A stretch of DNA of 64,000 nucleotides from an uncultured bacterium (GCA_937930175.1 CALGLP010000011.1:28776-92775), one strand, 5' to 3'; positions 7,426 to 17,789 are shown, counted from the stretch's first letter. Numbers and translations are program-made. The notes: a model not told the origin generated them from the letters alone.

Positions 7426-7950
7426 TTATTTTCTGTCAAAAAAAGGATTTTTCGACATAGCAGCCAAGGGGATAGCATAAGCTACACGAACGTCTTTTCC
7501 TAAAAGCCCAAGCTCAAGCGCCGCTTGTCCTGCCGTGTACATCACACGATTATCAACACGATGGTGGGCCGCGACGCTAACCGCTGATCCAATCGCGATC
7601 CCAAGATCACCGGTATTAAACACACAAGGAACATCTTTTTGCTTCCTTTTACAATTTTTAAACCCGCACATCCCACACTTCTTAAGGCCCATAGGCTTAA
7701 TTACTGTCCCCATAAGAACCATCACAGGAGCTGATAAAATATTTTCCGCATCGCGCAAGAAAGCCGGCGCTTCACACTTGTGCCCAATTGCTTTCATCGT
7801 GTGAGAAATCCTCTGGATCTCTTTTTCTTCTGCAATACAAAAGGTAAAGGTATCCGCCCCTTTTCCCTTGGGCGCGGTGCGCGCAGCCAGAATCATTTTC
7901 TTGGCAACGTCTCTAATCGTCTCCTTCATCAACTGTTCCTCAGAAATCAT
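7426..7950 (-). CDS. Cys-rich DUF2148-like putative Fe-S/ferredoxin-domain protein
   Basis: CGMCGFKNC...PCVFNTGDLGIAIGSA motif region; the family assignment is from memory only. Confidence 0.35.
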   Translation of the reverse strand: MISEEQLMKETIRDVAKKMILAARTAPKGKGADTFTFCIAEEKEIQRISHTMKAIGHKCEAPAFLRDAENILSAPVMVLMGTVIKPMGLKKCGMCGFKNCKRKQKDVPCVFNTGDLGIAIGSAVSVAAHHRVDNRVMYTAGQAALELGLLGKDVRVAYAIPLAAMSKNPFFDRK

Positions 7951-8069
7951 TGAGCCTCCTCCTTATTACCCCTTCTTTAATTTTTTGTATATTATCACAA
8001 GACAAGATATTTCCAAGAGATTACTTTTTCCTTTGGTTTTCATCTTAAGTTAGGTAAAATACTTGCACC

Positions 8070-9182
8070 ATGGAAAAAACAAACATCACGATTATTGGCG
8101 CAGGGGTTTGCGGACTCGCTATTGCTTTGAAACTCTCAAAGAAATACAAAGATATTTTGGTCATTGAACAGCACGATTCATTTGGCCGCGAAACATCCTC
8201 TCGAAACTCTGAAGTCATTCATGCCGGACTTTATTACCCCAAGGATTCGCTCAAGGCCAAGCTTTGTATTGAAGGCAAAAAACTTCTTTATGCTTTTTGT
8301 GCAGAAAATAAGATCCCGCATAAAAATACGGGAAAACTCCTCGTGGCCTGCAATAACGAAGAGGCGCACGCCCTTGAAGCCCTTAAAAAAAATGCCGCGG
8401 AAAGCGGTGTCACCAATCTTCGCTTTCTCACGCAACAAGAATTAAAAGCCCTTGAACCAGATGTAACGGCTCTAGAAAGCCTTTGGTGCCCGGATACCGG
8501 CATCATTGATTCGCACAGCTTTATGAAATCACTCTTTGAACAATCTCAGAAACAAGGTGCAGAAATGGGCTTTGGCATTGAAGTCGTCAACATCACAAAG
8601 AAAAATCAAGGCTATAAAATCACGGTCAAAGAACCCGAAGGCGATCTCTTTTCTTATGAAACAAACATCGTCATTAATGCCGCTGGTCTTCATGCCGATC
8701 ACATCGCAGAACTTGCAGGTTTTGATATTAACGCGCTCGGCTACAAACTGCATTACAACAAAGGGCAATACTTTCGCATAAGCCATCCTCAAAAATTTTC
8801 CATCACCCATCCCATTTATCCACCGGCGAGCAAAACTGATTTAGGCATTCACGTGACTCCGGATTTAGCAGGTGGCCTTCGCCTAGGCCCGGATGCCCAC
8901 TATGCCAAAGATATCGACTACAGCATCAATGAAGAGGACAAGCAACATTTTGTGAGCTCGGTTGGACGTTTTCTAAAACGACTGACTGTGGACGATCTTG
9001 TTGCGGATACCGCGGGGATGCGCGCCAAGCTTCAAGCGCCAGGGGTCGATTTTAGTGACTTTGTGATTGCGGAAGAAACCGCGAAAGGTTTTCAAGGCTT
9101 TATTAATTTGATCGGGATCGAATCCCCAGGTCTGACCGCGTCTTTGGCCATTGCCCAAAAAATTGAGGGCTTTTTGTCGTAA
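8070..9182 (+). CDS. FAD-dependent oxidoreductase of the L-2-hydroxyglutarate oxidase/dehydrogenase (LhgO/L2HGDH) family
   Basis: N-terminal GAGVCGLAIA dinucleotide fold; SRNSEVIHAGLYYPKDSLKAKLC and GQYFRI align with E. coli LhgO segments ([28 protein letters not shown]). Confidence 0.65.
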   Translation: MEKTNITIIGAGVCGLAIALKLSKKYKDILVIEQHDSFGRETSSRNSEVIHAGLYYPKDSLKAKLCIEGKKLLYAFCAENKIPHKNTGKLLVACNNEEAHALEALKKNAAESGVTNLRFLTQQELKALEPDVTALESLWCPDTGIIDSHSFMKSLFEQSQKQGAEMGFGIEVVNITKKNQGYKITVKEPEGDLFSYETNIVINAAGLHADHIAELAGFDINALGYKLHYNKGQYFRISHPQKFSITHPIYPPASKTDLGIHVTPDLAGGLRLGPDAHYAKDIDYSINEEDKQHFVSSVGRFLKRLTVDDLVADTAGMRAKLQAPGVDFSDFVIAEETAKGFQGFINLIGIESPGLTASLAIAQKIEGFLS

Positions 9183-9199
9183 CAAAAAGCCCTCAAAAT
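9157..9199. terminator. Bidirectional intrinsic terminator between convergent genes (14-bp perfect stem TTGAGGGCTTTTTG / CAAAAAGCCCTCAA)
   Basis: The loop tcgtaa contains the TAA stop of the + gene. U-rich tracts follow the stem on both strands. Confidence 0.6.
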
Positions 9200-9212
9200 C
9201 TTTTCAAAAGCT

Positions 9213-10382
9213 CTAGAGCCGCTCCACAACCATGCTGATAGCCCCGCCAGAACCAAAACAAATCGACACTACGCCATACTTTTTATTGTCCCGCTCAAGA
9301 GAATGAACAAGGGTAACCAAGAGCCTAGCTCCCGTCGATCCTAGCGGATGCCCTAAAGCAATATCTCCACCACAAATATTAAGTTTTTCTGCTGGGATCC
9401 CAAGCTCTTGCTGTGTCCAAATCACCTGCGAGGCAAAGGACTCTCCGATTTCAAAAAGATCAATATCGGCAAGCGATAAATTGCATGCCTTAAGGGATTC
9501 GTTAATAGCCACCGTCGCTCCCTCAAAACAACGCTCTGGTTCAAGGGCAATCGATGCATAGCCTAATATCTTTGCTTTCGGTTTTGATAAATGATATTTT
9601 GCAATCGCTTCAAACGATGCCAAAAGAATAACGGCAGCCCCATCTGCCGGCGCTGAGGCATTGGCCGCTGTAATCGTCCCGTGTTGTCCAAACGCAGCTG
9701 GCATATGTTCCATCATTTCTAAGCTGGCATTTTTTCGTGGACGATCATCCTTATCAACAAAACTCCCATCCTCTTTTTTCATCGAAACAATTTCTTTCTG
9801 AAATTTAAAATCCGCCTGTGCGCTCACAGCCTTAACATGGCTCTGATACGAGAAAATATCTTGATCATGCTTTGAAATCTTATATTTCACTGCAAGCGTC
9901 TCGGCGATCTGACCCATATGCTGATTGCTCATCGAACACCAAAGACCATCATGCACAAGGCTATCCACAGGTTCTTGATCCTTAGCATAAATAAGCGATG
10001 GGCACTGAGAAGCGCTTTCGGATCCACCAGCCAACACAAGATCCATACCGTCACAGAAGATCGCGCGACATCCCATGATCACAGCCTCAAGCCCAGACCC
10101 ACAAACGCTATTAACAACAACGCCCGGCGTTGAATATGGCAATCCTGACAAGACAACAGCCTGACGAGCAATATTCTGCCCTGTACCGGCAGAAACGGTA
10201 TTGCCTAAGAAAACTTCATCGATATGATTCTTGATTTGCGCCTGACGATGAAGAAACTCTTTGATCACCGCTGAGGCGAGATGAGCGGCAGAAAAACTTT
10301 TTAAACTTTTCAGACTGCTTCCCACCGGTGTGCGCAGGGCTTCAATAATATAAATATCTTTATAAAGTTTACACGTACTCAT
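9213..10382 (-). CDS. Thiolase (acetyl-CoA C-acetyltransferase family)
   Basis: NSVCGSGLEAV (N-terminal active-site Cys), NICGGDIALGHPLGSTGARL, C-terminal CFGSGG. Confidence 0.85.
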   Translation of the reverse strand: MSTCKLYKDIYIIEALRTPVGSSLKSLKSFSAAHLASAVIKEFLHRQAQIKNHIDEVFLGNTVSAGTGQNIARQAVVLSGLPYSTPGVVVNSVCGSGLEAVIMGCRAIFCDGMDLVLAGGSESASQCPSLIYAKDQEPVDSLVHDGLWCSMSNQHMGQIAETLAVKYKISKHDQDIFSYQSHVKAVSAQADFKFQKEIVSMKKEDGSFVDKDDRPRKNASLEMMEHMPAAFGQHGTITAANASAPADGAAVILLASFEAIAKYHLSKPKAKILGYASIALEPERCFEGATVAINESLKACNLSLADIDLFEIGESFASQVIWTQQELGIPAEKLNICGGDIALGHPLGSTGARLLVTLVHSLERDNKKYGVVSICFGSGGAISMVVERL

Positions 10383-11152
10383 CTAGAGGATCTCTTTACC
10401 TTTTCTTCCATCCAATGATCAATGATGACCGCATCAACATCACGAAAGTGATTCACCACAATATCCGCACCCGCCTCTTTCAGGTCTTGGTCATTGTCTT
10501 GACGGGCAACGCCCACCACAAGAGCAAAGCCCCCCTTCTTTCCAGCCTGAATACCCGCAACCGCATCTTCAACCACAACCGCACGATCCGGATGGCAATG
10601 AATATGCTTGGCGGCCGTAACAAAAATATCGCCCTCAGGCTTTCCCTTAAGGCCAAGCTGGGCTGACACAACGCCATCAATGCGCGCCTCAAAAAGTTCT
10701 TCTAGCCCTGTCTTTTTAAGAATCGGCTGGCAATTCTTGCTCGACGACGCAACAGCGACACGAACACGGTTAGCGCGCAAATCTTTGATCAACGCGACCG
10801 TCGATTCATACACCTCAATGCCTTTTTCTTCTAAAATCCTTTTAAACCGAACATCTTTTTCATTGCCTAGTCCACACAGAGTTTCTTTGCCAGCAGGATC
10901 CTCTTTGTCGCCATGAGGAATGCTGATCCCGCGCGACTTCAGAAAACTCTCCACGCCTTGGTATCGAGGACGGCCATCCACAAACAATCGATAATCATAA
11001 TCAAAAGTAAATTCCTTAAAAGGCTCGCCATCGCGCCCTTCTCGCATCTTTAAATAATCATCGACCATTTCTTTCCACGAAAGCGCGTGCGCCATGGCTG
11101 TTTTTGTGACCACCCCATCAAGATCAAAAATAACACCGTCGTAATGCTTCAC
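10379..11152 (-). CDS. HAD-superfamily hydrolase, beta-phosphoglucomutase-like subfamily
   Basis: Motif I FDLDGVVT, a cap domain and a C-terminal Asp motif (VVEDAVAGIQAG). The 4-nt overlap with the thiolase stop suggests an operon. Confidence 0.65.
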   Translation of the reverse strand: MKHYDGVIFDLDGVVTKTAMAHALSWKEMVDDYLKMREGRDGEPFKEFTFDYDYRLFVDGRPRYQGVESFLKSRGISIPHGDKEDPAGKETLCGLGNEKDVRFKRILEEKGIEVYESTVALIKDLRANRVRVAVASSSKNCQPILKKTGLEELFEARIDGVVSAQLGLKGKPEGDIFVTAAKHIHCHPDRAVVVEDAVAGIQAGKKGGFALVVGVARQDNDQDLKEAGADIVVNHFRDVDAVIIDHWMEEKVKRSSR

Positions 11153-11219
11153 TGTTTCTCCCTGTCTAGTTTTTTATAAACACTTTAAATTTTATACGCA
11201 AAACTCGCATCATGCCCTT

Positions 11220-11759
11220 TCAACGGCTAAGCAAGAAATCATTAAACTTAGTCAACGTCTTCGCACCAATACGTCCATCGGGATTTAAGCCATTAGCCTT
11301 CTGAAAATCCTTCACAGCCTTAATCGTCTTAGGCCCTATTTTTCCATCGATCGTTCCTGTATAAAAACCTGACTCCTTGAGAATCTGCTGTACAACGTTT
11401 AAATCAAGCTTGGCCTCTTTCACAAGCCCTGTCGCGGTAACCATATTCAAGGCCGCCCAAGTCTTATCATCAAGAAACCGCGTCACAACTAAGCCTTTAG
11501 CTTCTTGAAACCGTGCGATCGTCTCGCGCATCTTGCCACCAAGCTTGCCATCGATCTTGCCACAGCTAAACCCATTCACAAGAAAAAGCTTCTGGGCATA
11601 TTCCACTCGCTCGTTATACACCGATGGAATGACATCGCCTAAGATTTTCTTTTCCTGCGCGCCTTCTTTTTGCAAGATCCCATAAATAAAGTCGCACCCA
11701 GAACAAAGGCTGAGCACAAGGGCAAAAACAAGTATTTTTCGTATAAACACAACTATCAT
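11220..11759 (-). CDS. Lipoprotein with two peptidoglycan-binding (PG_binding_1-like) repeats
   Basis: Signal peptide plus lipobox-like LCSGC; two repeats GxIDGKxGxKTxxAxxxFQ. Confidence 0.55.
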   Translation of the reverse strand: MIVVFIRKILVFALVLSLCSGCDFIYGILQKEGAQEKKILGDVIPSVYNERVEYAQKLFLVNGFSCGKIDGKLGGKMRETIARFQEAKGLVVTRFLDDKTWAALNMVTATGLVKEAKLDLNVVQQILKESGFYTGTIDGKIGPKTIKAVKDFQKANGLNPDGRIGAKTLTKFNDFLLSR

Positions 11760-11773
11760 TTTAAAACAACATA

Positions 11774-11803
11774 AAGGCCCTTACCTAAAAACGCGTAAGG
11801 GCC
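11774..11803 (-). terminator. Hairpin (9-bp perfect stem GGCCCTTAC/GTAAGGGCC) at the 3' end of the chemosensory operon
   Basis: Lies 25 nt after the stop of the last receiver gene and is followed on the minus-strand RNA by UUAUGUUGUUUU. Confidence 0.4.
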
Positions 11804-11827
11804 ATGCACACTTTAAGAAACCGACCC

Positions 11828-12190
11828 TTAAGCTGTTAATTTTGCGATCGACTCTAAAAGATATTTGAAATCCACTGTTTTCACGGTGAAATCATCGGCT
11901 CCCGCCTGCCTGGCTCGACGAGCATCAACAGCCTCTAATTTTCCAGTATAAATAATGATCTTAAAAGCATCATCTAAATCTTTGATCTGTCTGCACAAAT
12001 CAAACCCATTAGCATCAGGAAGCATGACGTCGAGAATAATCACCTGCGGCTTCATCTTTTCGACCGCCTTCATACCCTCGGCGCCATCTGATGCAAGCCC
12101 AACCTCGTAGCCGGCATTTTCCAATCGCGCCTTTAGAACCTTTTGAATCGATTCTTCATCTTCAATAATCAAGATCTTCTTCTTGTTCAT
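11828..12190 (-). CDS. Single-domain response regulator (receiver)
   Basis: ILIIEDE...ILDVMLPD...K receiver motifs and no output domain. Confidence 0.85.
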   Translation of the reverse strand: MNKKKILIIEDEESIQKVLKARLENAGYEVGLASDGAEGMKAVEKMKPQVIILDVMLPDANGFDLCRQIKDLDDAFKIIIYTGKLEAVDARRARQAGADDFTVKTVDFKYLLESIAKLTA

Positions 12191-12203
12191 ACGTCCACCT
12201 TTG

Positions 12204-12572
12204 TTAATTTAACCATTTCTGAATCTGACCTAACAACTCTTGAAAATCAAAAGGCTTTGCAACATAGCCTTGCGCTCCTGTGGCTGGAAACCTCTCGCTA
12301 AAGCTTCCTGCGGAAACACTCGCCGTCATAAAAATAACAGGAATGTGTTTAAGCGCCGCGTCAATCTTGATGTGTTCACAGACCTCATAGCCATTCATCT
12401 TCGGAAGCGTAATATCAAGCAAAATCAAGTCTGGGTTCATTGTTTTGGCAATCTCTACGCCTTGTTGCCCATCCACAGCCACCTGAACATCATAGCCTTC
12501 TTTTTTAAGCCGAAAGACAACCACCTTGACAATATCAGGTTCATCATCAACAACTAAAATTCTTTTCCCCAT
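12204..12572 (-). CDS. Single-domain response regulator (receiver)
   Basis: ILVVDDEPD...LLDITLP receiver motifs. Confidence 0.85.
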   Translation of the reverse strand: MGKRILVVDDEPDIVKVVVFRLKKEGYDVQVAVDGQQGVEIAKTMNPDLILLDITLPKMNGYEVCEHIKIDAALKHIPVIFMTASVSAGSFSERFPATGAQGYVAKPFDFQELLGQIQKWLN

Positions 12573-12594
12573 GACGCCTCCTCATGTAAAGAGC

Positions 12595-15500
12595 TTACAC
12601 CCGACTTCGTCGTTCCTCAATGGGCAAAAGAAACGAAAACGCACATCCCTTGCCCGGAGCTGACTCCACCCAAATCTTTCCATTGTGTTGTTCAATAATC
12701 TTCTTAGAAATCGCAAGACCAAGACCCGTGCTTCCGGTCTTACGCTCTTTGCCTTTTTTAAGCTGGCTAAAGGTTTGAAAAAGCTTATCCATATCTTCTT
12801 CCTTAATACCATCACCTGAATCAATCACAGCAACCGTCACCGTATTGACCTGCTTCGATGTTTTGATCACAACAGGTTTTCCCGGAGCATATTTAAGCGC
12901 ATTATTCACTAAATTGGTCAAAACTTGCGTAATCCGATCTTTGTCCATTTTAAGCAAAGGAAGGTCTTCGGCCGCTTCGACGCTTAAATTCACGCCTTCT
13001 TTCTCAGCAATTTGCCGCATGGTTGAGGCGACCTCTAGGACGACATCGTTAACATTTTGCTCTGAAAGCTCAAAACTCATATGCTCGGTATCAAGCTTCT
13101 GGAAATCCAACACATCATTGATCAACCGTGACAAGCGATCCACATTACGTTTGGCCACATCGAGAAACTCCTGCTGATCCTTATTAATTTCTCCAGTCAC
13201 GCCGTCGATCACGATCGAAATGCCCTCCTTGATTGCCGTCAAAGGAGTACGTAATTCATGAGACACAACAGAAATAAATTCACTCTTGATGCGCATCGCC
13301 TCCCTGGCTTTTTCTTCATTCGCGCGCTTATCAGTTACATCTTCTTTAATCGCAATAAAATTAATAATATGTCCTTGTTCATCTTTCACCGCAGAAATAG
13401 AAGCCTCTTCATAAAAAAGCTCACCATTTTTCTTTTTATTCGAAAACTCGCCTCTCCACTCCTCCCCGCGCAAGATCGTATCCCATAAATTCTTATAAAA
13501 ATCAGCCGATTGTTCGCCTGACTTTAATACACGTGGATTCTGGCCTATGGCCTCTTGCGCCGTAAAACCTGTGACTTGACAAAACTTTGGATTAACATAC
13601 TCAATATTACCCTTGATATCGGTAATAACAACCGTCGCTGGACTATGTTCAACTGCGCGCGAAAGCCTAAAAAGCTGCTCTTGGGCCTTCTTCATCGCTG
13701 TCATATCGCTACCAATGGAAAGAAGCTCTTTTTCATTAGTCTTTTCATCGAGAACCACTTTGTTTGACCAGCGAACCCAAACACGCCTTCCATTTTTACA
13801 CATATTTTCATTTTCATTAATCTCATAAGCTTTGGGATTCTCAATCACCTGCTGAACCATGGAACGCAAGGCCTTCCCTGCAGAATCAGACTCCGGAATA
13901 ATCGTTCCGATCACATGTTTTCCCAATACCTCTTCCTTCGTGTATCCAAAAAATTTCTCCGCATATTCATTAAAAAAAGTAATATGTCCTTGGCTATCTA
14001 AGCGTAAAATAATGCTATTAGCATTCTCAACTAAATGTCGATACTTTCTTTCACTTTCACTGATTCTTTTCTCTGCTTCAAATCGCTCTGTAACATCTTC
14101 AAAGCTTTCAATGCCGCCCACAATCTTTCCATAATCATCCTTAAAAACGTCAACATTTTTTGAAATAATGCGGATTAGACCCGCCTTGGTTCGAATGGTT
14201 GCTTGCGCAGCAATAATCGGTTTTTCCTTCTTATCATCGTAAAGGCCACATCCTTGCTTGCAAGGTGTTTCGCAAAAAATGAGACATTCCTGACCCAAAA
14301 CCTCAGCCTCGGAGTATCCCGTAATTTCAGCTGCTTTGTTATTCCAGCTTGTGATGCGGCGATCCAAATCTACAGTAAACAACGCGCTGGGAATAACCTT
14401 ATAAATACGTTCGGCAATCTCTTTGCCCTTCAAGATCTCTTTTTGGGAAGCCTCCAGGCGAAGCGACTTGTCCGCAACCTCTTTGTACAAAGCCTTGATA
14501 GCTTCGTTAGTCTTTTCAAGCCCCCAGGCCTTAGCCTTGAGCGCCTCCTCCGTCTCCTTAATCACGCGCTCTGCTTTTTTCTGAGAGGTGATATCGCGGG
14601 CAATCGTGGAAGCACCAATAATGTGTCCCCGGCTATCGCGAATAGGCGATATTGTCAAGGACACATTAATGCGCGTACCATCTTTTTTAAGACGCAACGT
14701 TTGATAATGCTCAACATTCTGGCCATTTTTAATCTTGGCAAGAATATCCATCACCTCCCGCCTACATTCTTCAGGCACGATGATCGCAATCGACTTACCC
14801 AAGATTTCTTTTTCACTGTATCCGTACATCTTTTGCGCACCCTTATTCCAGCTGACAACTATTCCCTTCAGGTCTTTGACAACGATTGCGTCATCGGAAG
14901 ACTCCACCACGGACGCAAGAAGCTGGTTATTTTGATTCGTTTTTTTATTTAAATAAAACACCACAGCAGCTACCCAAAAGAGTCCGCAGGCCAACAGGGT
15001 CATAATAACCCCAAAAAGAACATAAAACTTAATCTTGTCCATGGATCCCAGGTAGAGCACAGTCCAGCCATGAAGATCAATCGGCGCTTGAGAAACAAAA
15101 TACTTCTTTTTATAAAAAATAATTTCTTTTGTCTTTTGCACAGGACCCATCTTAAGCGCGGGAAAAGGTCCTGGCCCAAACTCCTTGGCTTCAATGAGCT
15201 CCTTAACAACTTGTGGCGAAAGGGGTCGGATCGCATGAAAAGCAAAGCTTGGGTTGCTCGCAAAGAAAACAATTCCGTTAGGATCAACCAAAAAACTCTG
15301 AAATGCTTTGCGAAAATTCTCTCTCAAAGTCTCTACCTCTTTCTTAACAACAACAACGCCCAGCACATTGCCGATTTCAGGGCTTCGGACAGCATGCGAA
15401 GAATAGTAGCCTCGCGTTTTTGACGTAACACCTAGGGCAAAATAGCGGCCATTTTTTCCTTCAAGAGCTTCTGTAACATAAGGCCGAAACCGATAATTAT

Positions 15501-15909
15501 GCCCCACCAGGCTATTGGCATCGTTTCTATTGGAAGACGCGATTGTATCCCCTTGCAGATTCAAAATATAACAAATGGAATCCTCTATTCCTTCCGCATA
15601 CCGATCCAAAACCTTATTGGCTGCCTCAAGGGCTAAAGGCTCAGAGGACGTCAGGCTTTCCATCACGCCCGGAGACGTCGATAAAATCTTGCTCACCTTG
15701 TCAACATCTTCCATCATGCGGTTAACATCCGTCGCTAAAATACGAACGGACTGCTCTGCTTTTTCAGCAATCTCATTCCTGCCATGATCAAGAAGGGCAC
15801 GACTTCCCAGGGTTCCACCGATAAGAATAAGCAAAAAAAAGATCACGCAAAGAAAAATCTGCTTAAACGAAAAAAGTCTTGCAAATCCCGGTTGCCGCGT
15901 TGTAGGCAT
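12595..15909 (-). CDS. Large sensor histidine kinase: periplasmic sensor domain between two TM helices, then multiple PAS domains, HisKA, HATPase_c
   Basis: H-box SHELRTPLTAIKEG; N/G boxes LVNNALKYAP...DSGDGI...GLGLAISKKI. Several PAS-like segments are present (for example the repeated LGKxxxxIxPE pattern). Confidence 0.85.
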   Translation of the reverse strand: MPTTRQPGFARLFSFKQIFLCVIFFLLILIGGTLGSRALLDHGRNEIAEKAEQSVRILATDVNRMMEDVDKVSKILSTSPGVMESLTSSEPLALEAANKVLDRYAEGIEDSICYILNLQGDTIASSNRNDANSLVGHNYRFRPYVTEALEGKNGRYFALGVTSKTRGYYSSHAVRSPEIGNVLGVVVVKKEVETLRENFRKAFQSFLVDPNGIVFFASNPSFAFHAIRPLSPQVVKELIEAKEFGPGPFPALKMGPVQKTKEIIFYKKKYFVSQAPIDLHGWTVLYLGSMDKIKFYVLFGVIMTLLACGLFWVAAVVFYLNKKTNQNNQLLASVVESSDDAIVVKDLKGIVVSWNKGAQKMYGYSEKEILGKSIAIIVPEECRREVMDILAKIKNGQNVEHYQTLRLKKDGTRINVSLTISPIRDSRGHIIGASTIARDITSQKKAERVIKETEEALKAKAWGLEKTNEAIKALYKEVADKSLRLEASQKEILKGKEIAERIYKVIPSALFTVDLDRRITSWNNKAAEITGYSEAEVLGQECLIFCETPCKQGCGLYDDKKEKPIIAAQATIRTKAGLIRIISKNVDVFKDDYGKIVGGIESFEDVTERFEAEKRISESERKYRHLVENANSIILRLDSQGHITFFNEYAEKFFGYTKEEVLGKHVIGTIIPESDSAGKALRSMVQQVIENPKAYEINENENMCKNGRRVWVRWSNKVVLDEKTNEKELLSIGSDMTAMKKAQEQLFRLSRAVEHSPATVVITDIKGNIEYVNPKFCQVTGFTAQEAIGQNPRVLKSGEQSADFYKNLWDTILRGEEWRGEFSNKKKNGELFYEEASISAVKDEQGHIINFIAIKEDVTDKRANEEKAREAMRIKSEFISVVSHELRTPLTAIKEGISIVIDGVTGEINKDQQEFLDVAKRNVDRLSRLINDVLDFQKLDTEHMSFELSEQNVNDVVLEVASTMRQIAEKEGVNLSVEAAEDLPLLKMDKDRITQVLTNLVNNALKYAPGKPVVIKTSKQVNTVTVAVIDSGDGIKEEDMDKLFQTFSQLKKGKERKTGSTGLGLAISKKIIEQHNGKIWVESAPGKGCAFSFLLPIEERRSRV

Positions 15910-15959
15910 AGAGCTATTTCCTCTTTTTATATTTTAATATTCTTAAAACAACAAATTCT

Positions 15960-16328
15960 CTAAACAAGCTTTGCGAGCGAATCCACGATATTGACAATGT
16001 CACTCGTCTTCGCGCAATAATCATCCGCCCCGGCCTCCCTGGCCCTTGTAGCATCGATGGCATCGACGCTACCGGTCATAACAATAATCTTAAGAGCCGC
16101 GGCGTCATACATTGCTCTTATCGCCCGGCAGGCCTCAAACCCATTCATCCCTGGCAATAACGTGTCAATAATAGCCGCATCAAATTGCTGCTCTTTGGCT
16201 TTTGCAACACCGCTTTCCCCGGTTTCTGCTGTTACGACTTCATATCCTGCATCACTAAGCGTATCTTTAAAAATATTTAAGACCAGCGGACTGTCCTCAA
16301 TGATTAAAACTTTCTTGGCCATCCCCAT
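15960..16328 (-). CDS. Single-domain response regulator (receiver)
   Basis: VLIIEDSPL...IIDTLLPGMNG receiver motifs. Confidence 0.85.
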   Translation of the reverse strand: MGMAKKVLIIEDSPLVLNIFKDTLSDAGYEVVTAETGESGVAKAKEQQFDAAIIDTLLPGMNGFEACRAIRAMYDAAALKIIVMTGSVDAIDATRAREAGADDYCAKTSDIVNIVDSLAKLV

Positions 16329-16333
16329 CTCCT

Positions 16334-17380
16334 TTATGCTGAAACGAGATTAATCAATTCCTGCCCAATTTTCTCTAACGCCAACACCTTATCGACACAC
16401 TGACAATCAATCGCGGATTTATTCATCCCAAAAACAACCGAACTCGCCTCATCCTGGGCTAAGGCTTGCCCGCCGCAGCGCTTAATCTGCTTCATCCCTT
16501 CAACGCCATCATGACCCATGCCGGTCATCAAAAGCCCAATGGCCCGCGTCCCATAGCTTTCTGCAACAGACTTAAATAAAACATCTGCCGAAGGAACTAA
16601 AAAAACTTTCTTTTCTGTTTCCTCTCTGAGCTCAATCACGCCCTCGGGAGTAATCGTCATGTGAACATTGTCTGGGGCTAAATACACGTATCCATTCCTT
16701 AAGACATCTCCACTGCCCGGAACCTTGATCGTTAATGGACATATCTGCTGGAGCCATTCGGCCAAACCCTGAATAAATCCAGCCGACATATGCTGAACAA
16801 TCAAGATCCCCGCAGGAAAATCTTTAGGCAATTGCGATAAAAGCACGTGCAGGGCCTGAGGCCCTCCCGTCGAAATCCCGATCGCGACAACACGGCTCAA
16901 GGCCTTGTCGTCAACCCTTCTTTCGCCTTGAAACGAGACAGTCTTCTTGAGTTCCAGAACTTTAGCACTAACGGCTGCTTGACGCATCAAGCGCATCGGC
17001 CGAACACGCGAGGCAATGGTTACTTTTTCAATAAGACTTGCTGAAATCTCTTCGATATTATCACTCACCACAACAAAATCCATGGCTCCAATGGCCAGCG
17101 CCTTAACAACAACCTTAGGATCCATACCGCTGACAACAATAATCGACGTGGGAACTTCTGACATGATCAACTGCGTGGCCTCGAGTCCGTTCATGACCGG
17201 CATATTGATATCGATGGTGATCACATCTGGCTTCAAGATTTTTGCTTTTTCTAAACCTTCTTGGCCATTTTTGGCCAAACCAACGACTTCAACCTTTTCA
17301 TCAGACGTCAGAATTGCCCGCAGGGCTTCCCGCATCAGGGCTGAATCATCAATGATAAGAACGCGTATTTTCTTTTCCAT
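16334..17380 (-). CDS. cheB: Chemotaxis response regulator protein-glutamate methylesterase
   Basis: N-terminal receiver (VLIIDDSALMRE) and C-terminal CheB methylesterase (AIGISTGGPQAL...ILIVQHM). Confidence 0.9.
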   Translation of the reverse strand: MEKKIRVLIIDDSALMREALRAILTSDEKVEVVGLAKNGQEGLEKAKILKPDVITIDINMPVMNGLEATQLIMSEVPTSIIVVSGMDPKVVVKALAIGAMDFVVVSDNIEEISASLIEKVTIASRVRPMRLMRQAAVSAKVLELKKTVSFQGERRVDDKALSRVVAIGISTGGPQALHVLLSQLPKDFPAGILIVQHMSAGFIQGLAEWLQQICPLTIKVPGSGDVLRNGYVYLAPDNVHMTITPEGVIELREETEKKVFLVPSADVLFKSVAESYGTRAIGLLMTGMGHDGVEGMKQIKRCGGQALAQDEASSVVFGMNKSAIDCQCVDKVLALEKIGQELINLVSA

Positions 17381-17397
17381 AAAAATGATATCTTTTT

Positions 17398-17772
17398 CTA
17401 GCTACGAAGACCCAAATATAATTTAATTTTCTTGATAAGAAATTCAGGATACGGCGGCTTCACCACATAATCATCCGCGCCTTGACGGAAGGCCTCGCTG
17501 ATAATCTCCACGTCACTTTTAATGCTCAAAACAACAACAATCGTATTTTTTAAGATTGCATCCTTTTTAATCTTCGCGCAAACCTCAAATCCTGAGATAT
17601 CAGGCAGAATCAAATCAAGGATAATAAGATCCGGCATCATCGCACGGGCTTGCAACAAACCCTCCTTACCAGTCGTGGCCACTTCCGCGACAAGGCCTTC
17701 CGCTTTCAGTAAATCTTTGACGATCTGTGCATCGGTTTTCGAATCTTCAATTAAAAGAATTTTCTTGCTCAT
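17398..17772 (-). CDS. cheY: CheY-like response regulator
   Basis: ILLIEDSKTDAQ...IILDLILPDISG; a single receiver domain. Confidence 0.85.
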   Translation of the reverse strand: MSKKILLIEDSKTDAQIVKDLLKAEGLVAEVATTGKEGLLQARAMMPDLIILDLILPDISGFEVCAKIKKDAILKNTIVVVLSIKSDVEIISEAFRQGADDYVVKPPYPEFLIKKIKLYLGLRS

Positions 17773-17789
17773 AAAAGCTCCCGTTTCGT

